From an uncultured Planctomycetota bacterium (GTDB taxonomy: Bacteria; Planctomycetota; Planctomycetia; Isosphaerales; Isosphaeraceae), in assembly GCA_963823665.1 (NCBI GenBank), contig CAWGMQ010000005.1, forward strand, positions 672,001 to 736,000: 64,000 nt of DNA, read 5' to 3'. Both the position numbers and the translations under genes were made by a program. Below, one piece after another: positions 30,095-41,249 of the stretch (its first letter is position 1; every line of letters starts with the position of its first letter). The notes under the pieces were generated by a model, which was given only the letters and a program-made list of their open reading frames with translations, was not told where the DNA came from and ran no database searches.

Positions 30095-31405
30095 ATGTTC
30101 AAATTCCAATTGCTATCCGCCAGCCTGTTGCTGGGATTGACCGCGGCCGTACCGGCATCAGTTCGCGCGGAGGAGCTGCGCGACCTCAAGGTGCTGTATG
30201 TCGGCTCGGAACGTGCATCGGCCTATGTTGGATTTCTGAGCGGGAAGGTCGCCCGGATCGAGGCCAGGAGCCGGCAGGATTTCCAGCCCCGTGATGCGGC
30301 GCCTTTTGACGTTGTCTTGCTCGACTGGCCGCAGGGGGAAGAAACCCGCGAAATGCGGAAGCTCAATTCGCCGCTGGGCCGGCGCGAAGAATGGGAGAAG
30401 CCGACCGTGCTGCTGGGAAGCGCGGGGCTTAACCTGGCCGTCGCATGGAAAATGAAGGGAGGCTCGGGGTGTACCTGCATGGATCCCATGGCGTTTGACC
30501 TGCGCGAGCACCGCATCTTCGAAATGCCGTTCAAGATCGATCGCGCCAAGATGATTTCGATCCCGACGCCCGACGCCTTCAAGGATGAGATCAAAGAGCC
30601 CGAGATCAAGGTGCTGCCGCTGGTCTCCGATCTCAAGACTCACTGGAACGCAGGCTGGTGCACTCACGCCAGGGATTTCGATGTTTATCCGGATGTCGAA
30701 TTCCTTTCGGGTGGAGTGAACCACCAGACTCCGACGTCGGCGGGCCTCTGGCGACAGGGGAACTTGCTGCACTTCGGATTCGAGCAATCGCCGGACGAGA
30801 TGAATGAGGTTGGCAAGCAACTGTTGCTCAATTCCATCGCGTATATCAGTCACTTCACGGAAGACCGCCCGATCGCGATCAATCCGTCGGTCTTTGCGGG
30901 TCCTGTCGCGCGGAATCGCTGGACTCTTGCGCGCTGGCTTCGCAATCCTGGATATCGCATGGATCTTTGCAAGAGTCTGCTCGCACCGGAAACCTGGGGA
31001 ATTCTATCCAAAAGACCGGACCGGGAGGCGATGGCGCAATGGGCGGACGAGAACGCCCGGTTCTTGCACCCCAATCGCGACGCGGTCCTGGAAATCGACG
31101 AGGACCTCGCAGGGGCCCGCGTGAGGTTTGACCGGCCGGAGTTCTTCACGAAGGTAATCGCCGACTTGCGGTCTGAAGACCGTGCAGTCGTGGCTCGCGC
31201 ACAGCGATTGCTCGAGCGGTATGTTCCGATTGGTCCTGGTGGCGGCGACGCCAATGCTTGGGCTTCCTGGTGGGAGGAGAATCAGCGATTCGCATTCGCC
31301 TCTGACGACGCGGATTACCGGTGGTATATCGATCCGCTTGCGAAGAAACGAGGCGTGGCCACGGGTGAGATGCGCGGGCCCAAACGCGCCAGTGTGCCCT
31401 TTTAG
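30095..31405 (+). CDS. Secreted hypothetical protein with CxC motif
   Basis: 436 aa, signal peptide, GSGCTCMD; 6 nt after the sulfatase gene. Confidence 0.75.
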   Translation: MFKFQLLSASLLLGLTAAVPASVRAEELRDLKVLYVGSERASAYVGFLSGKVARIEARSRQDFQPRDAAPFDVVLLDWPQGEETREMRKLNSPLGRREEWEKPTVLLGSAGLNLAVAWKMKGGSGCTCMDPMAFDLREHRIFEMPFKIDRAKMISIPTPDAFKDEIKEPEIKVLPLVSDLKTHWNAGWCTHARDFDVYPDVEFLSGGVNHQTPTSAGLWRQGNLLHFGFEQSPDEMNEVGKQLLLNSIAYISHFTEDRPIAINPSVFAGPVARNRWTLARWLRNPGYRMDLCKSLLAPETWGILSKRPDREAMAQWADENARFLHPNRDAVLEIDEDLAGARVRFDRPEFFTKVIADLRSEDRAVVARAQRLLERYVPIGPGGGDANAWASWWEENQRFAFASDDADYRWYIDPLAKKRGVATGEMRGPKRASVPF

Positions 31406-31517
31406 CTTCGTCCAGCGTACGAAGGCTACGCTGTGCGCACATGCGGGATCGCCGGGCGGAGCCGGCTCCTACACAATCGGGCTTCGGTCCTACCCGTAGA
31501 AGGGGGCTCCGTCTGGT

Positions 31518-31851
31518 CTGATGAAAAGCGGGCCGTATTGGCGAATTTCGAGGCGGACGATTCGGCGTTTTCTGTTGCGCGACGGTTTTGTGATGGCGGC
31601 CGCCGGCACGCACCCCCCCTGGCCCTGGGCTGATGAAAAGTGGGGCTTATTGGCGAATTACGCGGTGAACGAATCGGCGTTTTCTGTTGCGCGACGGTTG
31701 GGTGATGGCGGCCGCCGGGACGGACCCCCCCTGGCCCCCCCTTCTTAAGGGGGGGAAGCTTGGCGCAACATTCGCGGCGGGAAATCTCCGCTCCGTCTAC
31801 CGCAAGTTTTCAACAGGCCACCCCTGGCCCCCCCTTCTGAAGGGGGGGAAA
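31518..31851. repeat. Two 112-bp tandem repeats plus REP-like CCCCCTGGCCCCCCTT..AAGGGGGG hairpins
   Basis: Units start CTGATGAAAAG at 31518 and 31630; hairpins at ~31724-31757 and ~31821-31851. Confidence 0.8.
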
Positions 31852-31891
31852 AGTTAGCGGGCTTTCGCTTGCTTGTGGCGTGTCGAGCGGA

Positions 31892-34408
31892 TCACTGGCG
31901 GGTGCGGCGGTCATCCGCAGCCTCGGCGGCGATCTGGCGATATCGCTCGAGGGCGCGGTCGAACGCCTTGCGCGCTTCGTCGCGCTCGGCGGGCCGTATC
32001 GCGCGCTCGCGAGTGGTCCAGAGCTGCTCGACGACCTCCTGGCACCAGAGTGCGCTGCGCCTCGAGGCACGGATCGGCCGGCCGCCCACCCGCACCTCGA
32101 CGGGGTTCGTGTGCAGCTCGGGAAAATGCCGCAGGGCCACCCAGCTACTGTGGTCGATCGCCGCGGTAAAATGCAGCTCGTGAATCTGGCCGTCTGCAAG
32201 CACTGCACTCGCGGCTGCGATCTGGCCGTTGATCACCAATTCAACGGACCGGGGCTCGCCTTCCCGGGTGAACTGGCCGTCGCGCCGGGGCTCATGGAGG
32301 TCGACCGTGTCGCCGGTGAGCTTGCGACCGCCCGCGGGGATGACGTTGCCATACGCCACAGCCAGCGGCGTCTCGGGTGCGAAAGCCACCCGGGCGCGCA
32401 CTTCGACCGTAGCTGGTTTCTCGAGCTCGAGGCGGTCGCCCGGAAGCTTGCCGCCCACGGTGAACTCGAGAGCGTGGGCAAAGCCGTCTGAAACATAAGA
32501 CCGGCCGGCCGCCAGGCCTGCACACCAGGTGTCAAACTCGACGGCATTGATTTTTCCCAGGCGGACGTAGACCCGCCCCTGGCCAACCCGCAGGCCGCTC
32601 ATGCACGGGAAGTCGGTTTCGCCGCTCACCTTGAGCGGGAATCCGCAATTCAGCAGGTGGTACCACATGTTCCATTCGGCGATGCGGGGCGTATCCATGG
32701 CACTGATGAAGTCGCACACGCCCTCCGGTACCGAGACGACGATTTCCATCGCGCCGACACCGTTCATCTCCGGGATTGCGAGATTCGGCAGCGTTCCCGC
32801 TGCGCGTTCGTGGGCTGATTCGAGCTCGGCGCGCGTGAGAGCGCCGTCGTGATCCGCGTCGGCCAGGGTGAAATCGGTGGGAAGAAGCGCGCTTGCAGCC
32901 TCGGACGCGACAAGGAATCCGTCCGAATTGCGATCGAGTGTTTTGAGCAGACGCTTGGTGGCGTTTTCCGGATTGATCTCGAGGCCCGAGCCGGAGTGTG
33001 CGTACCCCGTGACGGCGCCCTGGCTTTTCGCCCAGCGCAGCACCGGAGTGGTCCAGCTTGGCCAGCCTTTGGTCGCGGTTCCCTCGGAACCGGGGTAGGT
33101 CTGGTCGCGGAGATTGAGCAGGCAGACATGGCCGAGTGCTTGGGAACCGAATCCGCTCACCTCGACGTCGTACTTGATCAACGTTAAAGGCTCACTCACG
33201 CCGTCGGGACGCGGCTCGAAAAAGCGGCGCTGAAAGTCGTAGCACGGGCCCCAGGTCAAGACGCAGCCGACGTTCAATCCTTCACCCTTCACCTGAAGGA
33301 ACATGTCCCTGGGCAGAACGCCCTGCGTTGGATCGGTGTAATGCGCACAACCGGCGGCGTGGATGTGATGATCGCCGGAGTAGAAACCGTGGCGCGCTGG
33401 ATTGACCCATCTCTCCAGTTGCAGCTCCACGGTCAGCTCGCCGCGGTCGGGGACGGCGAGCTCTTGGGTCTTCTGGCGGTATTCCGGACCTCGGCCAAAG
33501 GTCAGGTTCACGCGGCCCGGAGGCAGGAGCACGGTTCCACCGTCGGCGCGGTAGATCTGGCGCTGGAAGAACAGGTCGGGGGCGGTGCGCTTGGGCTGAG
33601 GCGGATGGATACGCCCCGATCGATCGACGAACGTGAGGTGCGCCACCGTGGGCGTGCGGTCGTGGTCGCGAATTCGGAGACGGACCGGAATCGCCGGGCG
33701 CACGTCGAAAAGGACCGGCAGCTCGCCACGAAAGCCGAGGTCCTGGGTGCCCTGGCCGACATCGAAGCCGATCGTCGCTTCTCGTTTGCCCGACTCGCTG
33801 CTATAGAGCAACGCCAGGGCATATTCGACCCGGAGCCCGCTCAGGCTGCTCGTCATCGGCTCGGCCGTCATCATCTCGACCTGGAGAAACCGCCCGGGCG
33901 CTCCGCCCTTCACCTCGCCGTCCGTGAGCTTCTTCTGATCCTGCCGCGCCATGCTCAGATCGGTTGCACCTGCGGTGATCGGGCCGGATTGCGGGCTGGT
34001 GATTCGAACCGGTTTGGTGGTCGCGGCCTCGTTGATGATCTTGACGACCACCGGCGTGTAACCGGACTGCTGCAATACCGGCGCCGCCGGGCCGCGCCCC
34101 GCTTTGACTCGTTCTTCAGGATTGATCGTGACGACGAAGAGCACGTGGTGATCAAGAAGGTCCTGCAGTGATTTTGAGTCGCGCGCGGTGCCGGCGCGAG
34201 CGAGCGCGGCGGCTGCATCTGCGGGCAGCGGTGAACCGATCGAATCGAGTGCGCGCACCAGGCGCTCGACATTGGATGCCAGCGGCTGGGCTTCGACCAC
34301 GACTGGCTCCGGCCTTTGCGCATGGACCATGCCCGAGCACGTGCACAAGAGGATGGCCAGCGCGAATGAAGTGTAGAGCATGTGCGATCCAGGGCGAACG
34401 CGGTGCAT
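31892..34408 (-). CDS. CehA/McbA-like PHP-fold metallohydrolase with EF-hand pair insertion
   Basis: YSGDHHIHAAGC, GYAHSG, SGETDFPC, GRVYV; DRNSDGFLVASE and DADHDGALTRAE. Confidence 0.8.
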   Translation of the reverse strand: MHRVRPGSHMLYTSFALAILLCTCSGMVHAQRPEPVVVEAQPLASNVERLVRALDSIGSPLPADAAAALARAGTARDSKSLQDLLDHHVLFVVTINPEERVKAGRGPAAPVLQQSGYTPVVVKIINEAATTKPVRITSPQSGPITAGATDLSMARQDQKKLTDGEVKGGAPGRFLQVEMMTAEPMTSSLSGLRVEYALALLYSSESGKREATIGFDVGQGTQDLGFRGELPVLFDVRPAIPVRLRIRDHDRTPTVAHLTFVDRSGRIHPPQPKRTAPDLFFQRQIYRADGGTVLLPPGRVNLTFGRGPEYRQKTQELAVPDRGELTVELQLERWVNPARHGFYSGDHHIHAAGCAHYTDPTQGVLPRDMFLQVKGEGLNVGCVLTWGPCYDFQRRFFEPRPDGVSEPLTLIKYDVEVSGFGSQALGHVCLLNLRDQTYPGSEGTATKGWPSWTTPVLRWAKSQGAVTGYAHSGSGLEINPENATKRLLKTLDRNSDGFLVASEAASALLPTDFTLADADHDGALTRAELESAHERAAGTLPNLAIPEMNGVGAMEIVVSVPEGVCDFISAMDTPRIAEWNMWYHLLNCGFPLKVSGETDFPCMSGLRVGQGRVYVRLGKINAVEFDTWCAGLAAGRSYVSDGFAHALEFTVGGKLPGDRLELEKPATVEVRARVAFAPETPLAVAYGNVIPAGGRKLTGDTVDLHEPRRDGQFTREGEPRSVELVINGQIAAASAVLADGQIHELHFTAAIDHSSWVALRHFPELHTNPVEVRVGGRPIRASRRSALWCQEVVEQLWTTRERAIRPAERDEARKAFDRALERYRQIAAEAADDRRTRQ

Positions 34409-34514
34409 GGTTGCCTCTTAATGAATAATGCCAATCGCACTTTCCGCGACAGCATACCTCTTTCAGAATTGTTTTACATTCTTTCAACACCGGGTTCCGC
34501 GCCGATGCCGACCG

Positions 34515-34523
34515 TGGTATGAT
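34515..34523 (+). promoter_or_regulatory. Putative extended -10 promoter (TGgTATGAT)
   Basis: Divergent intergenic region, about 77 nt before the DUF1553 gene start. Confidence 0.4.
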
Positions 34524-34599
34524 TAACATCGGTTAAGCAATCGTCACACCCGCCTTCGGCTTGCCTTCGACGTCCTGGCCTCCACCGGATCGATGGCCC

Positions 34600-36876
34600 A
34601 TGAGACTGATCAACCACCGTGCCGCTGGCCCGATCGCTATCGGTCTCGCCGTATTTGTGGGGCTTGCGCACTCCAGCCGTGCCGCTGACAAGGACGAAAA
34701 GGCGAAACACTGGGCGTTTCAGCCGATCAAGCGTCCGGCGGTGCCGAGCGTACCGGACGCGAAGTGGTCGCGCAATCCGATTGACCGGTTCGTGTTAGCT
34801 CGGATGCAGGCCGAGGGCATCAGCCCCGGGCCCGCCGCTGATCGCAGAACGCTCATTCGCCGGCTCTACCTCGACCTGATCGGTCTGCCGCCGGATCCGC
34901 TCGAGGTTCAGGAGTTCCTCGACGACCGATCGCCGGATGCTGTTGCCAGAGTGGTCGATCGCCTTCTGGCCAGCCCGCATTACGGCGAGCGCTTCGGCAG
35001 GCACTGGCTCGACGTCGCGCGGTATGCCGAGACCAACGGCTACGAGCGCGATGGCGCCAAGCCGAGTGCGTGGCGATACCGTGACTATGTCATCGATGCC
35101 TTCAACGGCGACAAACCGTATAGTCGATTCGTGACCGAGCAGCTTGCTGGTGACGAAATCGAAGGGTCAGACGCGACTGCTCAGATCGCCACGACGTTTC
35201 TGCGTCTGGGCACGTGGGACGACGAGCCGGCCGAGCCGGCCGTTGACCGCTACGATCAGCTCGACGACGTGCTCGGCACGGCGGCGACGGCGTTTCTGGG
35301 AATCACACTCCGCTGCGCCCGCTGCCATGACCACAAGTTCGAGCCGTTCTCGCAGGTCGACTACTACCGCATGCTCGCCGTCTTCGAGCCGCTCAAGCGC
35401 CCGCAGAACGACCGAGCTGACCTCGACCGACCGGTCGGCTCGGAAGCCGAGCTGGCCGCGTATCAAGCGAGCCTCGCCAGGACCGATGCCGAATTCACCG
35501 CGACCTGGGCACGCGTCGAAGCGCTCGTCAAGCCAGAGATCGACCGGGTGCTCGCCGGCGGCCAGAACGCGGCGAACGGCAAGGGCGCAGGCAAGCGGAC
35601 GTCGCTTCCGCCGATTGCCATCGCGACGTTCCGTCTCGCGGCCGCCGAGCGAAAGCCCGCTCATCGCGAGGTGGTGAGGCACTTCGCAGCAACGCTGGCG
35701 GCCGAGGCACGCGAGATCGCTCCTCCCGAAGTGGCGGCGGCGCTTCGACCGCTGGAGGAACGGCTCGCCGCCATCAAAGCTGCTCACAAGGAGCTGCCGC
35801 ACGCTTATATCTGGTATGAGGACGGCCCGAAGGCGCCTGTGACCCACGTCCTCAAGCGAGGCAATCCGGACGGGCCGGGACCAGCCGCCGAGCCTGGGTT
35901 TCCGGCTGTCCTGTCGTCGAAGCGCGGCGATCAGCCCAGGCCGACCGCGCGGTCGACCGGGCGCAGGCTTTGGCTTGCTCGCTGGCTGAGCAGCCCGGAA
36001 AACCCGCTCGTGGCACGCGTGATCGCCAACCGGGTCTGGCAGTTCCACTTCGGCCGGGGGATCGTGGGCTCTGCCAACGATCTGGGGGTCATGGGCGACG
36101 AACCTACTCATCCCGAGCTGCTCGACTGGCTGGCCTCGGAGCTCATCTCCGGCGGCTGGCGGCTCAAGCCGCTGCACCGGCAGATCGTGCTTTCCGAAAC
36201 GTATCAGCGATCGGCCCGGTTCCAGGCCCAGGCCGCCAAGGTCGATTCGGACGACACGCTGCTCTGGCGGCACCGACAGCGACGTCTCGAAGCGGAAGTC
36301 GTGCGAGACTCGATCCTCGCTGTGAGCGGACGACTGAATACGAAGCTGAACGGCCCTGGGTTCTATCCCACGCTGCCCGCCGCAGTGCTCGCCGGCCAGT
36401 CCGTGCCGGGCCAGGGCTGGGGCAAGTCCGACGAGCAAGAACAGCGCCGGCGCAGCATCTATATCTTCGCCAAGCGCAGCCTGGGAGTGCCGGAAATCGA
36501 GCTGCTCGACGCGCCCGACTCCACCAGCAGTTGCGAGCAGCGAATCGTCTCGACAACCGGACCGCAGGCGCTGGCGTTCTTGAACGGGGCATTCATCCAC
36601 GAACAGGCGCGGCACTTCGCGTCGCGGCTGGTCACGGAAGCCGGCGGCCGGCGTGAAGACCAGATTGAACGCGCGTTCTCGCTCGCCTTGTCACGGCCGC
36701 CGCGATCCGATGAGGTCCGCGCCTCCCTTCTGTTCCTCGAGACACAAGAGCGGTTGATCAAAAGCGAGACGGCTGATGCGAAATCCGCGCGCGGGCATCG
36801 CGACGCCGGGCGCGCGGCCCTCGAAGCTTTCTGCCTGGTCGTCTTGAATATGAACGAGTTCGTCTACAGCAACTGA
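34600..36876 (+). CDS. DUF1549/DUF1553 (PSCyt2/PSD1) planctomycete protein
   Basis: HWAFQP, RRLYLDLIGLPP, HWLDVARY, CARCHDHK, PTHPELLDWLA, NEFVY. Confidence 0.92.
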   Translation: MRLINHRAAGPIAIGLAVFVGLAHSSRAADKDEKAKHWAFQPIKRPAVPSVPDAKWSRNPIDRFVLARMQAEGISPGPAADRRTLIRRLYLDLIGLPPDPLEVQEFLDDRSPDAVARVVDRLLASPHYGERFGRHWLDVARYAETNGYERDGAKPSAWRYRDYVIDAFNGDKPYSRFVTEQLAGDEIEGSDATAQIATTFLRLGTWDDEPAEPAVDRYDQLDDVLGTAATAFLGITLRCARCHDHKFEPFSQVDYYRMLAVFEPLKRPQNDRADLDRPVGSEAELAAYQASLARTDAEFTATWARVEALVKPEIDRVLAGGQNAANGKGAGKRTSLPPIAIATFRLAAAERKPAHREVVRHFAATLAAEAREIAPPEVAAALRPLEERLAAIKAAHKELPHAYIWYEDGPKAPVTHVLKRGNPDGPGPAAEPGFPAVLSSKRGDQPRPTARSTGRRLWLARWLSSPENPLVARVIANRVWQFHFGRGIVGSANDLGVMGDEPTHPELLDWLASELISGGWRLKPLHRQIVLSETYQRSARFQAQAAKVDSDDTLLWRHRQRRLEAEVVRDSILAVSGRLNTKLNGPGFYPTLPAAVLAGQSVPGQGWGKSDEQEQRRRSIYIFAKRSLGVPEIELLDAPDSTSSCEQRIVSTTGPQALAFLNGAFIHEQARHFASRLVTEAGGRREDQIERAFSLALSRPPRSDEVRASLLFLETQERLIKSETADAKSARGHRDAGRAALEAFCLVVLNMNEFVYSN

Positions 36877-36916
36877 CAGGCGATCGCCGACCGCTTCGCC
36901 TGAGGGGGATTGACCC

Positions 36917-38403
36917 ATGAACGGAAACACCGACAGCGAGCGAGACAGGCCCAGGCGGCTCACACCTTGCGGGCAGTCGCGCCGCGAGTTCCTCTGGGAA
37001 TCGGCGGGGGGATTCGTGGGAACGGCGCTGGCCACGCTGCTGGCGGAAGACGGCTTCTTCGCGCGGCGGGCGGCCGCTTCCGAGGCTGAAGACGCATCCG
37101 CGGCAGGCGCCATGGCACCCAAGAAACCGCATTTTCCCGCCAAGGCGAAGGCTTGCATCGTGCTCTTCATGTACGGCGGGGTCAGCCAGGTTGATACGTT
37201 CGATCCCAAGACGGATCTCACCAAGCATCACGGTAAGCCGATTCCAATCCTCGATAGCGACCCGCTGCTCAAGGTGCGCAACCCGGGGAAGCTGCTGGCC
37301 TCGTCGCGCAAGTTTCCGCCGGTACGGAGAGGCGGGGACGACCGTTTCCGACCTGTTCCCTCAGCTCGCTGGGCGGCTGGACGATATCGCCGTGATCCGG
37401 AGCATGTATACAGATAGTTTTGCGCATGGGTCGGGCCTGCTCCAGATGAACACGGGGTTTCTGCGGCAGGGCTTGCCCAGCCTCGGGTCGTGGGTCACCT
37501 ACGGGCTAGGAACAACCAACCGCAACCTGCCGGGCTACGTCGTGCTGCTCGACCATCGCGGCGGGCCGATTTCCGGGCCGCCCAACTGGGGTTCCGGCTT
37601 CATGCCGGCCACGTATCAGGGAACTTTGTTCCGAACGAGCGGCGACCCGATCCTCAACTTGCTGCCGCCAGACGGCACTTCTGCGGCGCAGCAGCGCAAC
37701 CAGCTCGACTTGCTGGGCAAGCTGGGACAACCGCAATTCGGCGGCGACAATGCTGAGCTGGCGGCCCGGATTGCCAGCTACGAGCTGGCGTTTCGCATGC
37801 AGTCGAGTGCGCCGGAGGCGGTTGATCTTTCGAGCGAAACGGTTGAAACGAAGAAGCTGTACGGACTGGACGATCCACGCACCGAGCGATTCGGGCGTCG
37901 CTGCCTCATGGCGCGGCGGCTCGTCGAGCGCGGCGTCCGCTTTGTGCAGGTTTACTCCGGCGGCGGCCACAACGACGAGAACTGGGACGCACATGGCGAC
38001 GTGAACAAGAACCACGAGCTCCACTGCGGTGAGACCGACCGGCCGATGGCGGCCCTGCTTCGGGACCTCAAGAGCCGCGGTTTGCTCGACGAAACCCTGG
38101 TGGTCTGGACCAGCGAGTTCGGGCGGCACGCCCACCGGCCAGAACAACAAGGGGCGCGACCACAGCCCGCGCGGGTTCACGGCCTGGATGGCAGGCGGAG
38201 GCGTCAAGGGGGGCCAGACCTACGGCGCGACCGACGATTTCGGTTACGCGGCAGTCGAGAACAAGGTGCACGTTCACGATTTGCACGCCACCATCTTGCA
38301 CCTCCTGGGCTTCGACCATAGGCTCTTGACATATTTCCACGGCGGCCGCGACATGCGGCTGACGGATGTTTCCGGGCGGGTCGTCCACGAATTGCTCGCA
38401 TGA
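36917..38403 (+). CDS. DUF1501 protein with Tat signal (frameshifts ~37318 and ~38125)
   Basis: [53 protein letters not shown]. Confidence 0.9.
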
Positions 38404-39462
38404 CAAAGGGCCTGGTGATCGTATCCCACGACCGGCTCGAACAAATCGTCCAGGCGATCTTCGCCGCCGGCGGTTCTGAACCCGCCGAACGCGAACGGAT
38501 CGCGCATTACCTGGTCGGCGCCAACCTGGTCGGGCACGACTCGCACGGAGTCATTCGCGTGCCGGCCTACATCGACTGGCTGCGCGCGGGCAAGGTGGTC
38601 GCGAATCAAACGCTGAAAACCGTCTTCGAGAACGACGTGATCGCGGTGGTCGACGGCGGGTTCGGCTTCGGCCAGGTGATGGGCGAAGCCGCGATGAAGC
38701 TCGGAATCGGCAAGACGCGCCGGCAGGGCGTGGCCGTTGTGGCCCTTCGGAACTCGGGCCACCTGGGCCGCATCGGCGACTGGGCCGAGATGGCCGCCGC
38801 GGCGGGCCTGGTCTCGCTGCATTTCGTGAACACGAGCGGAGGCGGCATTCTCGTCGCGCCTTTCGGAGGCACCCAGCGCAGGCTTTCGGCCAACCCGATC
38901 GCGGCGGGAGTTCCGGTCGCAGAACGGGACGCCGATCATCGTCGACATCTCGACCTGCACGATCGCCGAGGGCAAGATCAAGGTGGCGCTTAACAAAGGA
39001 GCGAAGGTTCCCGAAGGCTGCATCCTTGACTCGGAAGGCCGGCCCACCGACGACCCGAAGGCGTTCTACGCCTCACCGCCGGGAGCCATCCTTCCACTTG
39101 GCGGACACAAGGGATACAGCCTGAGCGTCCTGGCCGAGGTGCTCGCAGGCGCACTCACGGGCGGATCGTGCAGCCACTTCGGTGTCGATCGAGTGGCCAA
39201 CAACATGCTGAGTGTCATCCTCGACCCCGCCGTTTTCGTGTCCGGCGACGCGTTTTCCGCCGAGATCGGAGCCTTCGTCGATCACGTCAAGAGCTCGAGG
39301 ACCGTGACCGCGGACGGCGAGATTCTCATGCCGGGCGAGCCCGAAGCACGGTCTCGTGGCCGCAAGCTGCGCGACGGGATCGAGATCGACGAGACGACCT
39401 GGAGCCAGATCGTCGCCACAGGCGCATCACTCGGCGTGACCATCGATGCGAGCGGGCGATGA
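38400..39462 (+). CDS. Ldh_2 (malate/L-lactate/hydroxycarboxylate) dehydrogenase (frameshift ~38925)
   Basis: GHDSHG, SGHLGR, NPIAAG, GGHKGY, MPGEPE. Confidence 0.88.
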
Positions 39463-41194
39463 CATCGCTCCTCGGACTGAAGCTGATCGATCTCGTCATG
39501 ATTGCCGGCTACTTCGCCGCGGTCATGGCAATCGGTTTCTGGGCGTCGCGGAAGGTCAAGACGGAAGACGATTTCTTCCTGGGCGGGCGTAAATTCAGCG
39601 CACCTCTTCTGATCATGCACTGGCTGTGCACCGGCACGCACAGTGAGATGGCGGTCCAGGTTGCCGGTGCAACGGCCCGCGTCGGTCTGGGCGGCATCTG
39701 GTATCAATGGATGTGGCTCTTTTCGACACCATTTTACTGGTTGATCGCTCCGATCACCCGCCGGCTCAGGGTGACCACGACCGGCGACTTCTTCCGCATT
39801 CGCTACGGCAAGAGCCTGGAGATGCTCTACGCGCTGGTGGGGCTCTTCTACTTCGCACTGTCGATCGCGCTGCTCTGCGCGGCGCGGGCGCGGCGATCTC
39901 CGGGGCGACCGGAGGCGCGATTCCGACTCATGCTTCCGTCATCGTGCTTTCCATCTTGTTCTCGACGTACGTGATGGCGGGCGGCCTGGTGGCGGCGGCG
40001 TATACCGACTTCCTGCAAGGTTTGCTGATTATTGCGCTCTCGCTTCTGTTGGTGCCGGCGGGGCTTTCTTTCGTCGGGGGCATTTCGGGTCTGCGCGAGA
40101 AGCTTGCGCCATCATTCTTCGCGATCACAGCACCTCGCGGAGCGCCGGAAGGCGACCCGTGGTTTGTGGTGACGATGTCGATCCTGGGTTTGGTCGGCGT
40201 GGTCGTTCAGCCGCATGTGATGACCGCAACCGGCTCGGGCAAGACCGAGACCGAGGCTCGGGTGGGTATGGTCTATGGCAATTTCATCAAGCGGCTGCTG
40301 ACAATCGCATGGGCCTTCACGGGCTTGATCGCGCTGGCTGCATTCCCCGCGACCCTCGCGGGAATTGATTCGACGAGCCAGCAAGCTCACGAGGCGAGCG
40401 AGACTTTGTTTGGCCAGGCGATTCAACACTTCCTGGGCGACGGCTGGCGCGGCTTGATGGTGGCCTGTTTGATTGCTGGTGTGACGAGTGCCGAGACGTT
40501 CATGGTGGGAGGCTCTGCCCTTTTTACGCGGAATTTCTACGCGCATGCACTACCGAACCGCTCGCACACCCATTACCTGTGGGTTGGCCGGGTCGCGGCG
40601 GGAGGTCTGCTGGCGGTGGGCATCCTGCTGGCATTAACCGCTGCCAGCGTCACGCAGCTCGTGCTCGGCTCGGTGAAGGTGATCGGGCTGCTCGGGGCGG
40701 CGTTCTGGCTGGGTGTGGTCTGGAGGCGCGCGAATCGGGCGGGTGTCTGGGCGAGCTTCGTCGGAAGCCTCTTCGTCTGGGCGCTCATGAGTACTCAGTC
40801 TACTCTCGTACGGCTGGACGACTCATATCAGATCATCATCATGCTCTACACACAGTTCGGACTGTTGATCGTCGTCAGCTTGCTCACTCGCCCTGGCGAC
40901 CCGCGAGAGATCGGCGCTTTCTACGCGCGGATCCACACGCCGGTGGGCAAGGAAGATGAAGTGAGCTGGGATGATCCTCCCCATGACCTGCCCGAGGCGG
41001 CTACAATCGGGCTTGGGGGAGTGGCATTCGACTACCGCAAGTCTTCGCGATTTGCCTATGGCCGATTGCAGGAGCTCGGTCTGGAAATCCCACGTCTTTC
41101 GTGGTTCGATTGGGGAGGATTCCTCGCCGCCTGGGTCATGGTGGGCGGCTTGATCGGGCTGCTCATCTGGCTGGCGGGTCTGGGCGCGAGATAA
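39459..41194 (+). CDS. Sodium:solute symporter (frameshift ~39875)
   Basis: DFFLGGRKF, GGLVAAAYTDFLQG, many TM helices. Confidence 0.88.
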
Positions 41195-41249
41195 GTTGTT
41201 GCGATTGTTTCACAGCCATCGAGCTGATTTCTAATCGAGGCATTGTACG

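Noticed and set aside
31518..31741. Hammerhead ribozyme or CRISPR array suggested by repeats starting CTGATGA
   Set aside because: No stem II followed by GAAA; only two 112-bp units with no unique spacers and no cas genes
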